Below, piece after piece: positions 9,387 to 19,101 of a stretch of DNA of 64,000 nt. Within the stretch, counting starts at the first letter, position 1. Each line of letters opens with the position of its first letter. A model generated the notes under the pieces. That model saw only the letters and a list, made by a program, of their open reading frames with translations, was not told the DNA's origin and made no database searches. The stretch lies in the IMG/VR virus record IMGVR_UViG_3300023105_000021; one strand, given 5' to 3'. This DNA is from an uncultured virus (IMG/VR IMGVR_UViG_3300023105_000021) (taxonomy: Duplodnaviria > Heunggongvirae > Uroviricota > Caudoviricetes). The position numbers and the translations under genes were made by a program.

Positions 9387-12300
9387 TTACGCTTCACCAC
9401 TTATTTCGCCTGTATTTTTCAAGCGTAGTGGAATGTAGATAAACTCAATACTCTTAACAGGTTCAATAGCAATGTCTACATATAGTTCATTACGATCAAT
9501 TCTTGCTGGAGTGTTGTTAGTTTCATCGCACACAACTAAGAAGTCAAATAGTGCTCTTTGGCCAACAAGTTCAAGTAGTAAACTTTCAACTTGTCCTTTG
9601 ATTTCATCACGTGTGATTTTATCATTTGGTTCAAAGATATATGGCTTCGCAAGTTGATTAAGTTGGCTACGTAAATAAACTACTAATCTTGCAACGTTAA
9701 TTCTGTCTAGCGAACTTGCGCCTCTAGCACGAGTTTTCTGTCCAAAGTTAACAAGTCCTGCACCTGTAATAAACGTAATTGGGTTTACACCTTGTGCATA
9801 TAATGTATCTCTTTGTCCTTCATTTAGTGGTGTGCTTACAAATTCTCCTTCGCTGTTAATAAAGCCAGTTGAACTTGCATTGTTAATGCCGCCACGTCTT
9901 GTACCTGCTGGTGCAAACCATGGATAGCTAACTTGGTCACTTAGTGCAATAGTTCTTAGCATCATGTGGCTTGGCGGAACAACAACATTGTTACCAAAGT
10001 TGTCGCTTGTAAAGCCCCATGGATAAAACACACCTAAATATTCGTCATTAGTAACAAGACCATCGTCATTGTCTTCTACTGCTGCACGAACGTTTGTTGC
10101 CCATTCATTTAATGAAGTAGCATCTGGTGTTAATCTTGCTGGCGAATCGCCAACTACAAATGCTGTTAATCCTCTATCAGCGTTAAGTGTTACTAGTTCG
10201 CCAATTAGTTCTGGATAACCTGGGCAAGATATTAAGTTAAATCTACGTGCATCTTCGTTGCGTATTTCGTCGTTTGAATTAACAACTGCTTGTAGTTTTT
10301 GTACAACAACTTTACGCTGTGCGTTGCGCCCAAAGCTGCCTGAACCATCTACATTGTTTGCACTTTCAGTTACCCAACGATCAGCAGCATAGTTTACCAT
10401 CGATTCGTCACCAAAGCGTAAGTTAACGTCTGTTGTATCAACATAATTCTTTTCGAAACGCTTAACATTAAATCCACTTCTGCGTGTATTGAATAGCAAT
10501 GTTCCGCTTGGATACAATGCTGGATCTGGACAATCAGGATCTACATAATTTACTGCAAGCAAATCTGTAATATCTGCTGCTGTGTTTCCTGTTGCTCCAC
10601 TTGACCCATAACGTGCATCTGCAAAAACAATACCGTTTTCTGTTGTTTGATCACCGTTGTCTACTAAAATCCAACGATCAGTACTTTTACGATATTTGTA
10701 AATTACTGGATAGTTTTCTAAGTCTGAAGTGTCAATCCATAAATCGCCTTCTACTAATGCACTACTACCATCTGATTGTGTAGTTGGTTGTGATGCACTT
10801 ACAATAGGCCCGTTAGCATCTGTGCTATTGCTTAATGAATAAACTGGGCTGTCCGGATGTCTATATCCAACCCATTTGTTACCGTCATTGATCATAATGT
10901 CAACTTCATCAACAATTGAGTTATACCATAGTGTTCCTGTTTCGGCAGTATTTGTTGGTTCGTTTTCTGATGCTGTGTAACTTAGTACTTCCCAATTACT
11001 TACTCTGTACTGAACAGGATTACCTAATGAATTATCAATTCCTGGTTCGTCTGATACAAAGCGTGTTGAAGTACTAATACCTAATGCAGTAAGCATTGGC
11101 GCAAAACTACTTGCAACATCAACAAATTTCATTTCGCCGCCTTGGCTATGTTTAATAACAACTGCATTGTTTTCATCAACTGATGCACTTACATACGGAA
11201 TGTTTGCACTTGTAATTGCTGCTGCAATAGCAATAGCAGTATCAGCTGCTGTTGACTGTGCTTCAACTTCAATTAGTCCTGGAACATCGCTGCTGAACAC
11301 TGCTGAACCTGGTGAAGTTGCAGTAATTAACATTTTGTAAGTTTCACCATCTGTGAAGTTTGATAGTGTAATTGGTTGTGAAGAAACTTGAGTATTTCCA
11401 ACTGTGCCTCTTTTAAATATTTTAAATGTACCTAACGGATCACTGTCTCCTGCAACATTTGATTGTACATATAAATCACCTATTTGTAAATTTGATCCGC
11501 CACCTGTTCTGTCTAGTTCAACTAGAGCAGATTCATTTGTTGGATAAATCGGTGCTTCAATAGAATCCCATAATTTAGTATCGTCATTCCATTGTCTAAC
11601 TCTCCAGCGAGCACCACCGTTTGGTGTAGTTGTTTTAAGCCATACACTTCCTGTTGGACGGCCATTATATGCAGTTCCTACTTTAAATGTGTCTGGAATT
11701 TGTGTGTGCTTACTAATTTGTACTGCTGGAATTAAATAAGTTCCTGCATCAATATTTAAGAACTCTAAAACCGCTGTAGATGCATTTGAACCTGCTGCAA
11801 ACTCTAATGATGTTGTTGAACTACCATCATTGTAAAATGCAATCTCTCCGCTTATTACGGCTGCTCTTATACCCGGAATTGATAGTCCGTTAATTGTTGC
11901 TGCTATGTCTGTAACAGTTTCGCCAGTAGTAACAGTAATAACAGTTCCATTTAATACAAAAACGTCTGAGCCTTCATCTGTTGAATCGTCGCCAAATGTT
12001 GTACTTGTTTTGCTACTAACTACAGTTGGAACGGCATCCTTCCAAGCAGTTGAACCTAGCTCAACCCAACCTGCGCTTGCTCTATACCAAACTTTGTTAA
12101 GAGTAGTTACAGCAACGACTGCATAATCTCCAACTGAGCCAATTGAGCCTAGTGGTGTATAATCTTCGTTTTCGTAATCTATAACGTCTGATTGACTTGT
12201 AATAACAATAGGTGTTTGTGTTGTAAATGATTGTCCGCCTGTTATAGTTTCACTTGCATTATTCCATTCCTGGATACCAAATGCACTTGAACCAGTATCT

Positions 12301-12710
12301 AACCAATATGTTCCTGCATCTGGAAATGCTGTTGGAACTGATGATTGAGGAACTAGTTGTTTTAAGTCTATGTCGGCTCTTACAACCCATGCTCTGTTGC
12401 TTACACCTAAATATGAATAAGCTGCTTGTAATCCGTATTCACTTAATTCTGAACCGTGAATTGGATTATTGCTTGCATCAATTTGGAAAACTGGGTCGCC
12501 AAATGTTTCAGCTAGGTCACGTTGCGATGTCATTAAATAAGGCTTACCGGCATTTTCTGCTAGTGTACCTATCGCTGTTCCTGATCCTGAAGCATTTAGT
12601 TTGTTCTCTTGCGATGCAACAAAAATTACTGGTACAGTTCCTGGTTCAGCGGGAGTGTAAAAACTCTCGTCTACTACGCTAACCTGTACACCTGGTGATA
12701 CTAATGCCAT
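9387..12710 (-). CDS. gp18: Tail sheath protein (gp18-like) with large central insertion
   Basis: Starts MALVSPGVQVSVVDES (ATG 12710, AGGAG RBS); C-terminal PWFAPAG.RRG, RDTLY..GVNPI, DRINVARL, FEPND, CDETNN motifs. Confidence 0.95.
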   Translation of the reverse strand: MALVSPGVQVSVVDESFYTPAEPGTVPVIFVASQENKLNASGSGTAIGTLAENAGKPYLMTSQRDLAETFGDPVFQIDASNNPIHGSELSEYGLQAAYSYLGVSNRAWVVRADIDLKQLVPQSSVPTAFPDAGTYWLDTGSSAFGIQEWNNASETITGGQSFTTQTPIVITSQSDVIDYENEDYTPLGSIGSVGDYAVVAVTTLNKVWYRASAGWVELGSTAWKDAVPTVVSSKTSTTFGDDSTDEGSDVFVLNGTVITVTTGETVTDIAATINGLSIPGIRAAVISGEIAFYNDGSSTTSLEFAAGSNASTAVLEFLNIDAGTYLIPAVQISKHTQIPDTFKVGTAYNGRPTGSVWLKTTTPNGGARWRVRQWNDDTKLWDSIEAPIYPTNESALVELDRTGGGSNLQIGDLYVQSNVAGDSDPLGTFKIFKRGTVGNTQVSSQPITLSNFTDGETYKMLITATSPGSAVFSSDVPGLIEVEAQSTAADTAIAIAAAITSANIPYVSASVDENNAVVIKHSQGGEMKFVDVASSFAPMLTALGISTSTRFVSDEPGIDNSLGNPVQYRVSNWEVLSYTASENEPTNTAETGTLWYNSIVDEVDIMINDGNKWVGYRHPDSPVYSLSNSTDANGPIVSASQPTTQSDGSSALVEGDLWIDTSDLENYPVIYKYRKSTDRWILVDNGDQTTENGIVFADARYGSSGATGNTAADITDLLAVNYVDPDCPDPALYPSGTLLFNTRRSGFNVKRFEKNYVDTTDVNLRFGDESMVNYAADRWVTESANNVDGSGSFGRNAQRKVVVQKLQAVVNSNDEIRNEDARRFNLISCPGYPELIGELVTLNADRGLTAFVVGDSPARLTPDATSLNEWATNVRAAVEDNDDGLVTNDEYLGVFYPWGFTSDNFGNNVVVPPSHMMLRTIALSDQVSYPWFAPAGTRRGGINNASSTGFINSEGEFVSTPLNEGQRDTLYAQGVNPITFITGAGLVNFGQKTRARGASSLDRINVARLVVYLRSQLNQLAKPYIFEPNDKITRDEIKGQVESLLLELVGQRALFDFLVVCDETNNTPARIDRNELYVDIAIEPVKSIEFIYIPLRLKNTGEISGEA

Positions 12711-12823
12711 TTTAATCTCCTGTTGGATAGTGTATTGTTTATTACATGTATTTACCAATTAAAAGAAAAAACTCTGTGCAAATACCCCCGAAAAAGGGAC
12801 CGAAAAGGTGAGGTAAATACAGT

Positions 12824-13159
12824 ATGCGACCATTATGTAAATGCGGACAGCGTCCGGCAGCTATAAATTATAAAAAAGGAAACAAAATTTACTATCGTAA
12901 ATTGTGTGAGACGTGCCTACGCAACGGATTAGGACACGGAATACCAAAATGGAAGCAAGCAGGATATATTAAAAAAGATACTTGTGAAAAATGTGGTTAT
13001 ACAAGCAAGCATCAAGAACAGTTTAACGTGTTTCATATTGACGGCAACTTAGAAAATTGCCGTCCTAGCAATTTAAAAACAGTGTGTGCTAACTGTCAAC
13101 GTATTCTGCAAAAAACTGGGGTGCAGTGGAAACAGGGAGACTTAATCCCTGATTTTTAA
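12824..13159 (+). CDS. Zinc-finger / HNH-like endonuclease-family protein
   Basis: CKCG, CETC, CEKCG and HIDGNLENCRPSNLKTVCANC. Confidence 0.7.
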   Translation: MRPLCKCGQRPAAINYKKGNKIYYRKLCETCLRNGLGHGIPKWKQAGYIKKDTCEKCGYTSKHQEQFNVFHIDGNLENCRPSNLKTVCANCQRILQKTGVQWKQGDLIPDF

Positions 13160-13649
13160 AAATAGTACGCATTAGCATTGCTACATTCTTTTCTAGACGC
13201 TTTAGATCGCCGTTGTTGTCAATTGTGTAATCACACATCCATTGTTCAATTGTCATTGAATTGTTATCTTCATGCGGCAAGTGGTCTGAACGATCTACCC
13301 AAATAGCATAATCAAAAATTTCTTCGTTTTGCATTGCAAAAAATTCACGTTTGTTGCGAAGTCCGCAGTATATGTCATGTTCTGCAAATAAATTACGTCC
13401 TAGTCTAGCAAGATCATCTTTACAATAATCATGTATCATGTCATACCATAGTTTACGATGATTGTGCCTATCTGCATAACATTCTTCTTCGTCAGTATAA
13501 CTGTACTTGTCTTTTAATTCATCAAAAATAAACAATTCACTACAAAATTTAGAACTAGACTGAAATGAATATCCGTAAAGTTCTAGCATTTCGCAAACAG
13601 TGTCTTTGCCGTGTCTGCCGTGTCCTACAACAAGTAGTTTAGGTAACAT
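13089..13649 (-). CDS. Deoxynucleoside monophosphate kinase-like P-loop protein
   Basis: GHGRHGKDTV P-loop, GLRNKREF, DYTIDNNGDL; T4 gp1-like layout. Confidence 0.7.
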   Translation of the reverse strand: MLPKLLVVGHGRHGKDTVCEMLELYGYSFQSSSKFCSELFIFDELKDKYSYTDEEECYADRHNHRKLWYDMIHDYCKDDLARLGRNLFAEHDIYCGLRNKREFFAMQNEEIFDYAIWVDRSDHLPHEDNNSMTIEQWMCDYTIDNNGDLKRLEKNVAMLMRTIFKNQGLSLPVSTAPQFFAEYVDS

Positions 13650-13676
13650 TAATTAATCTCCACATAGTATAATTTT

Positions 13677-13705
13677 ATTATATGTTATTAATGATATTTT
13701 GTCAA
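13677..13705 (-). promoter_or_regulatory. Consensus sigma70 promoter for the kinase gene
   Basis: TTGACA-17 nt-TATAAT on the minus strand, followed by GGAG RBS and ATG 13649. Confidence 0.9.
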
Positions 13706-13711
13706 CCTATA

Positions 13712-13924
13712 TTACCACTTAGCAACACTTTTCAACCGTTTTTGTGAACGAATAGCATCCATAATACGAAGTATTTGTTTCTTTTTATTGCCAGGGCGAT
13801 CATAATGATTTTTTGATGCCCAAGTTTGATCTGCTTCTAGTTGTTCAGCAAACTTTTCACCTAACAACTTTTCTAAGTACGATAAGTCCTCATTACTTAG
13901 GTCTTGTATCTTCCGTGAAACCAT
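13712..13924 (-). CDS. Small hypothetical protein (likely start MVSRK at 13924)
   Basis: 3' part of the 104-aa ORF; GGAG lies upstream of ATG 13924; overlaps the end of the upstream ORF. Confidence 0.5.
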   Translation of the reverse strand: MVSRKIQDLSNEDLSYLEKLLGEKFAEQLEADQTWASKNHYDRPGNKKKQILRIMDAIRSQKRLKSVAKW

Positions 13925-14114
13925 TCTGTCTATCTCTCCATGCTTGTTCGAACTGTTCTGCATAGTCGTACAAAGGTGCACCATTGCAACCGTCATACCA
14001 TAGACGTTTGAAATAACCTTCTGCACTTGCTACTACTGTTTCTGGGGTGGCGTCAAGGTGGCCCTTGACCATGTAAAATAATCTGTACTCTTCTTTAAGA
14101 TCATTTCTTAACAT
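13893..14114 (-). CDS. Small hypothetical protein
   Basis: 73-aa ORF directly after a TAAATA motif. Confidence 0.6.
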   Translation of the reverse strand: MLRNDLKEEYRLFYMVKGHLDATPETVVASAEGYFKRLWYDGCNGAPLYDYAEQFEQAWRDRQNGFTEDTRPK

Positions 14115-14163
14115 ACAGTATTTACATTACTGTTACATTTAGTGCGCTAACATTGGGGTATTT

Positions 14164-14913
14164 TTAGCCGATTGTAAATCCGTAACCTACGCCACCAGCA
14201 ACTTGCTGAATTACATCTTGCTCTAGTTTTTCCATTTCTTGCATTGCTTCATTTTTAAGATCATTACCATTAAGGGTTGACCCACCTTGTGGTCCTGCAA
14301 TAGTAGCAAACTTTGAACGTGCTTCGCCTAACATATATTTACAGTTTGCCAAAGTATAATCTTTAATCCACTGCTTTGCTAGATAATCATCAAGTAGTTG
14401 CTCGTCTGGACGATAATTGTACGCCATGAGCATTAGTGTTTCGTCTGTTCTCGGACGCTGTAATAATGTAAGTTTATGTGTTGTAGGATTCCATTTGAAT
14501 TCGATGAACGATCCAAACATACGTCCTACAAGTTCTTGGTATTGGCTAAACAAATCATATGTTGCTAGTCCTCCCATATTAGATGAACTTAACAGATATG
14601 TGTTAGTGTACGCAAGGTTAAATGGTTCAAACAAAGTGCCGCCGTCTCCGCCGCCTGTTCTTGATCCAATTGATCTACGAAAGATTCTTCGAACTTCAAT
14701 AACTTCGTTTGGAAGTGTGTATTCATTTGTATCTTCCATAGTTTCCATAAACAAATACGATTCTTCTACACTGTTATCTGAACGCTGTCTAAATTTAGTT
14801 AATGATTTAACTAAAGCAGTTTCATAATGGATAGGATCTAGTTCGACATCGACCATGCCGCCGCCTAGCATTGCGTGGACGTAGTCAAATATTTCTTGTT
14901 TTTGTGTAGCCAT
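14164..14913 (-). CDS. gp13: Neck protein (gp13-like)
   Basis: LGGGMVDVELD, WIKDYTLA..K..LG..RSKF, PQGGSTLNG motifs. Confidence 0.85.
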   Translation of the reverse strand: MATQKQEIFDYVHAMLGGGMVDVELDPIHYETALVKSLTKFRQRSDNSVEESYLFMETMEDTNEYTLPNEVIEVRRIFRRSIGSRTGGGDGGTLFEPFNLAYTNTYLLSSSNMGGLATYDLFSQYQELVGRMFGSFIEFKWNPTTHKLTLLQRPRTDETLMLMAYNYRPDEQLLDDYLAKQWIKDYTLANCKYMLGEARSKFATIAGPQGGSTLNGNDLKNEAMQEMEKLEQDVIQQVAGGVGYGFTIG

Positions 14914-14934
14914 ATATAAAGTTCTCCGATATAG

Positions 14935-14954
14935 TATTTATCTTTCGATAAATA
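14935..14954. promoter_or_regulatory. Back-to-back late promoters (inverted GATAAATA)
   Basis: tatttatc-tttc-gataaata between divergent gp13 and gp14. Confidence 0.7.
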
Positions 14955-14959
14955 TGTGT

Positions 14960-16063
14960 ATGCCAAGACTTAGCTTATATAAACCCGAACGTGGTAACGA
15001 TTTTAACTTCCTAGATAAACAAATTCTAGAGATGTTTACTGTTGGTGGTACAGACATACATGTATACAAATATATCGGTACTGATGACGGAACAACCGTT
15101 AAAGATCATACTCAAATACAAGATTTAATGTTTCTTGAAAATCGAGATAGAAAATACGATCAAGATATTTACAGACTTAGAGGCATATACAATGTACAAG
15201 ATCAAGATTTTGATTTAAGTCAGTTTGGTTTGTTTTTAAGCAACGACACATTGTTTATGACAGTTCATATACGCAGCAGTGTTGAAACCATTGGTAGAAA
15301 AATTATGCCTGGTGATGTATTTGAGTTGCCGCATTTAATAGATGAATATGCAGAAAATGATGCCAGTGTTGCTCTTAAAAGATTCTACGTTGTAGAAGAT
15401 ATTAATCGTGCTGCTGAAGGATTTTCACAAACATGGTATCCGCACTTATATCGTGTAAAACTAAAACAAATATACGACGGACAAGAATATAAAGATATTT
15501 TAGATTTACCAGCAAGTGAAGATGCGCCCGATGGAGATACTTTAAGAGATATATTATCTACATACGAAAGAGAAATGAATATTACTACAGGAGTAATACA
15601 AGAAGCAACAGAAGAAACTCAAAAAAGCGGATATGATATCAGTCATTACTTTTCAGTATCCGTTGACGACAACGGTATAGTAGAATTAACTGAAACAAAA
15701 GACGCAGACGGTTTATCCGAGATGGCGCCGCCTGATAGAGCAGGATACAAAGGATATATTATTGGTGATTCTATTTCACCTAATGGAGAAGCATTTGGCT
15801 TTGGAGTTCAGTTTCCGGCAGAGCCAGAAACTAATGATTATTTTTTAAGAACAGATTTTTTACCTAATAGATTGTTTCAATTTAGAAATAATAAATGGAA
15901 CAAAATTTACGATGTTAAACGTGCATTTGTTTACGGTGCAGATGAAACTAATACCCAGCGTGGCACATTTATTAATAATACCAATACTAATAATATAGGT
16001 GGCGAAGTAACCGAAGAAAGACAAAGTATTTCTCAAGCACTAAAACCTAAGGCGGATAACTAA
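14960..16063 (+). CDS. Neck / head-closure protein (gp14-like)
   Basis: FDLSQFGLFL and MPGDVFELPHL motifs; lies between gp13 and gp15-like genes; likely start MPRLSLY at 14960. Confidence 0.65.
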   Translation: MPRLSLYKPERGNDFNFLDKQILEMFTVGGTDIHVYKYIGTDDGTTVKDHTQIQDLMFLENRDRKYDQDIYRLRGIYNVQDQDFDLSQFGLFLSNDTLFMTVHIRSSVETIGRKIMPGDVFELPHLIDEYAENDASVALKRFYVVEDINRAAEGFSQTWYPHLYRVKLKQIYDGQEYKDILDLPASEDAPDGDTLRDILSTYEREMNITTGVIQEATEETQKSGYDISHYFSVSVDDNGIVELTETKDADGLSEMAPPDRAGYKGYIIGDSISPNGEAFGFGVQFPAEPETNDYFLRTDFLPNRLFQFRNNKWNKIYDVKRAFVYGADETNTQRGTFINNTNTNNIGGEVTEERQSISQALKPKADN

Positions 16064-17487
16064 TGCAACATTTTTATGATGGACAAATACGTAGATATCT
16101 TACACAAATAGTTAGATTGTTTGGACAATTTAGTTATAAAGACGGTAAGGGTAGACTAGTACAAGTTCCAGTTACATACGGCGACTTAACAAGACAAGTA
16201 GGAAGTATCCTTAGAGATAATTCTGAAAATAAAATTCCTAGCGCACCAAGAATGGCTGTGTATATAACCGGACTAGAAATGGATACTTCACGTCTAGCAG
16301 ATAGCAGTTATGTTAATAAGCTAAACATTAGAGAACGTGCATATGATGTAGACGGCCAAGAATATTTAAATAAAGCAGGTAAAAATTATACAGTAGAACG
16401 TATAATGCCAACCCCTTATACTCTTACTGTAAACGTAGACATATGGACTACTAATACGGATCAAAAATTACAAATACTTGAACAAATTTTTATGTTGTTT
16501 AATCCTAGTTTAGAAATACAAACAACAGACAATTATATCGATTGGACTAGTTTAAGTGTTTTAAATATAGATAACATAAACTTTAGTAGTAGAAGTATAC
16601 CAACTGGTACTGAAAGTGAAATTGATGTTGCTTCGATTAGTTTAACAACACCTATCTTTATTAGTCCTCCTGCAAAAGTTAAAAAATTAGGAGTTATTAG
16701 TAAAATAATTACAGCAGTATTTGCAGATCACGGATTAGAAGTTAATATAGACGAAACTGCTTACACACAAAGTTTAGTTGAACAAAAAATTAAAGAGAAC
16801 GAAGAAACAGACAAAGTTAATAGTCAACCAGATGAAGCATTGACTAATGAAAGTGCATTAGTAGTAACTACATATCAAGATTATGGATTAGAAGTGTTTG
16901 ATGGTGTTGCAAGATTATTAAAGAATGGTGTTAATCGAAACGATACATGGACTGCTTGGAACATTGCGCAACCATTTACATTTGAACCTGGAATTACACA
17001 ATTACGATTACAACGTGCAAACGGTTTAGAAATAGTATTTACTATTGATAGTATTGATACTACAGACGAAACACGACTTATACTAAATGCTCCTGATGCA
17101 GAAACATTACCAGCAGATTCTGTTATACCAGGTCCTGCTGGTGACAAAACATATGTTGATTATATTATAGATCCACTAAGATTTGATCCAATGCAATCGC
17201 AATCAAATAATAGACTTTTATTATTAGGTAGTATAGGTGATCCTAATAATACTAATGGCGCTCTGGCATGGAAGAATTCAGATAACTCAGATTTTGTAGC
17301 AAGTGAAAATGATATTGTAGAATGGGACGGTTCACGCTGGCACATTGTTTTTGATGCTAGTGAAGAAACTAACGAAGCATTTGTAACTAATCTAAACACA
17401 CAAACACAATACAAATGGACAGGCGAGTATTGGATACTCTCTTATGAAGGAGAATATCCAAATGGCTCTTGGAGGTTTACATACTAA
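16063..17487 (+). CDS. gp15: Tail completion / sheath terminator (gp15-like) with C-terminal extension
   Basis: HFYDGQIRRY, VPVTYG, PRMAV, MPTPYTL, QILEQI...FNP motifs. Confidence 0.75.
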   Translation: MQHFYDGQIRRYLTQIVRLFGQFSYKDGKGRLVQVPVTYGDLTRQVGSILRDNSENKIPSAPRMAVYITGLEMDTSRLADSSYVNKLNIRERAYDVDGQEYLNKAGKNYTVERIMPTPYTLTVNVDIWTTNTDQKLQILEQIFMLFNPSLEIQTTDNYIDWTSLSVLNIDNINFSSRSIPTGTESEIDVASISLTTPIFISPPAKVKKLGVISKIITAVFADHGLEVNIDETAYTQSLVEQKIKENEETDKVNSQPDEALTNESALVVTTYQDYGLEVFDGVARLLKNGVNRNDTWTAWNIAQPFTFEPGITQLRLQRANGLEIVFTIDSIDTTDETRLILNAPDAETLPADSVIPGPAGDKTYVDYIIDPLRFDPMQSQSNNRLLLLGSIGDPNNTNGALAWKNSDNSDFVASENDIVEWDGSRWHIVFDASEETNEAFVTNLNTQTQYKWTGEYWILSYEGEYPNGSWRFTY

Positions 17488-17500
17488 GATAATTATTAGT

Positions 17501-17932
17501 ATGAAAGACATTATTTGTAGTGGTGCATTAATTTATTCTCTAAAGTCTAAAATGTTTCTATTTCTGCATAGAGCAAACGGAAGCCGTAATAATGTTTGGG
17601 GCTTAGTTGGTGGAACTAACGAAGGTTTAGAAACACCCTGGGAAGGTTTGCGCAGAGAAATTGAAGAAGAAATAGGCTCTATAAATATAAAGAAAACTAT
17701 TCCTTTAGAAACATTTGTATCTAACGATTCTAAGTTCCAGTTCCATACATATCTTTGCGTTATCGAAGATATTTTTATTCCTAAACTTAATAACGAGCAT
17801 GACGGATTTGCTTGGGTAGAATTTAGTAAATGGCCGAAACCTTTACACTCAGGTTTGCAAAGCACTCTCAATAGAAAAAGTAATATTACTAAATTAAAAA
17901 CAGTAATCGAAGTAATAGATTTACTTGACTAA
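17501..17932 (+). CDS. NUDIX hydrolase
   Basis: Nudix box GGTNEGLETPWEGLRREIEEEIG; likely start MKDIIC at 17501. Confidence 0.85.
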   Translation: MKDIICSGALIYSLKSKMFLFLHRANGSRNNVWGLVGGTNEGLETPWEGLRREIEEEIGSINIKKTIPLETFVSNDSKFQFHTYLCVIEDIFIPKLNNEHDGFAWVEFSKWPKPLHSGLQSTLNRKSNITKLKTVIEVIDLLD

Positions 17933-17953
17933 TAATCATAAAGGTAGTATAAT
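17925..17953 (+). promoter_or_regulatory. sigma70 promoter of the heptose operon
   Basis: TTGACT-17 nt-TATAAT, ending 5 nt before ATG 17959. Confidence 0.85.
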
Positions 17954-17958
17954 AAATT

Positions 17959-19101
17959 ATGTCTAAAGTATTAGTTATTGGTGATTTAATAAATGATAGG
18001 TATATTTTTGGTTCTTCGACTAGGTTAAGTCCTGAAGCACCTGTACCTATTGTAAGTCAGGATCGTATAGAAGAATTTCTTGGTGGCGCAGGACTTGTTT
18101 ATAACAACTTAAAAAGTTTAGGCGTCGATGCAACTTTATTAGAATACGACGATCCAAAAAGTGAAAAAACTCGTGTAATCTGTGATGGCCATTATGTTAC
18201 AAGAATAGACGACGATCGTTATGCTAACGGATTAGATATTTACAATGATATTAAAAAATTAGATTTATCTAATTTTGAATATGTTATTCTTAGCGATTAC
18301 AATAAAGGTGTATTAGAATATTCAAAAGATATTATTGCACATCTTAATAGTTTTGATTGTAAAGTTATTGTAGATCCTAAACGCCACGTTAGTTGTTATG
18401 ACGGGGCTTGGTTAGTAAAACCTAATTACAAAGAATACAAAGAATTAGGGTTTGAAAAATGGGACGGTAATATAATTGTCACTAATTCTAGTAAAACTAC
18501 TACTGCTGAATTTGATTTAAAACGTTATGTTTCGCAACCTGAACCTTTAGAAGTTAATGATGTAACCGGAGCCGGAGATTGTTTTCTTGCTGCATTTGTT
18601 TATGCGCTAACTAAAGGGTATGATTATCAAAAAGCATTAGATTTAGCAAATAGAGGATCAACTGAAAGTGTAAAACACGTAGGTACATATATTCTTACTG
18701 AAAAAGACTTGAATAAACGTATTGTTTTTACTAACGGATGTTTTGATGTATTGCACAAAGGTCATCTTACATTACTAAAAGAAGCTCGCAGTTTAGGTGA
18801 TAAACTTGTAGTAGGACTGAATAGTGACGGTAGTGTAAAACGCTTAAAGGGAGACAACAGACCGTTTAACGATCTTGAAACAAGACGAGAACAATTAGAA
18901 CTTATTCCGTATGTAGACGAAGTTATTGTATTTCATGAAGATACGCCATATGAGCTTATTAAAGAACTAAAGCCAGACTTAATTGTTAAAGGTGGAGACT
19001 ATACTGTAGAAGAAATTGTAGGACATGATTTAGCACCTGTGCATATTGTACCTACAGTACAAGGTTACAGTACAACAAAAATTTTAGAGGCGTCTGTATG
19101 A
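17959..19101 (+). CDS. hldE: Bifunctional heptose-7-phosphate kinase / heptose-1-phosphate adenylyltransferase
   Basis: VLVIGD, RLSPEAPVP, SDYNKG, VDPK, DVTGAGD (PfkB kinase) fused to FTNGCFDVLHKGH, GLNSD.SVKRLKG..RP, KGGDY, YSTT. Confidence 0.92.
   Translation: MSKVLVIGDLINDRYIFGSSTRLSPEAPVPIVSQDRIEEFLGGAGLVYNNLKSLGVDATLLEYDDPKSEKTRVICDGHYVTRIDDDRYANGLDIYNDIKKLDLSNFEYVILSDYNKGVLEYSKDIIAHLNSFDCKVIVDPKRHVSCYDGAWLVKPNYKEYKELGFEKWDGNIIVTNSSKTTTAEFDLKRYVSQPEPLEVNDVTGAGDCFLAAFVYALTKGYDYQKALDLANRGSTESVKHVGTYILTEKDLNKRIVFTNGCFDVLHKGHLTLLKEARSLGDKLVVGLNSDGSVKRLKGDNRPFNDLETRREQLELIPYVDEVIVFHEDTPYELIKELKPDLIVKGGDYTVEEIVGHDLAPVHIVPTVQGYSTTKILEASV

Noticed and set aside
12711..12758. N-terminal extension of the sheath ORF to 12758
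   Set aside because: The RBS and conserved MALVSPGV start place the start at 12710; the extension spans the TAAATA promoter.
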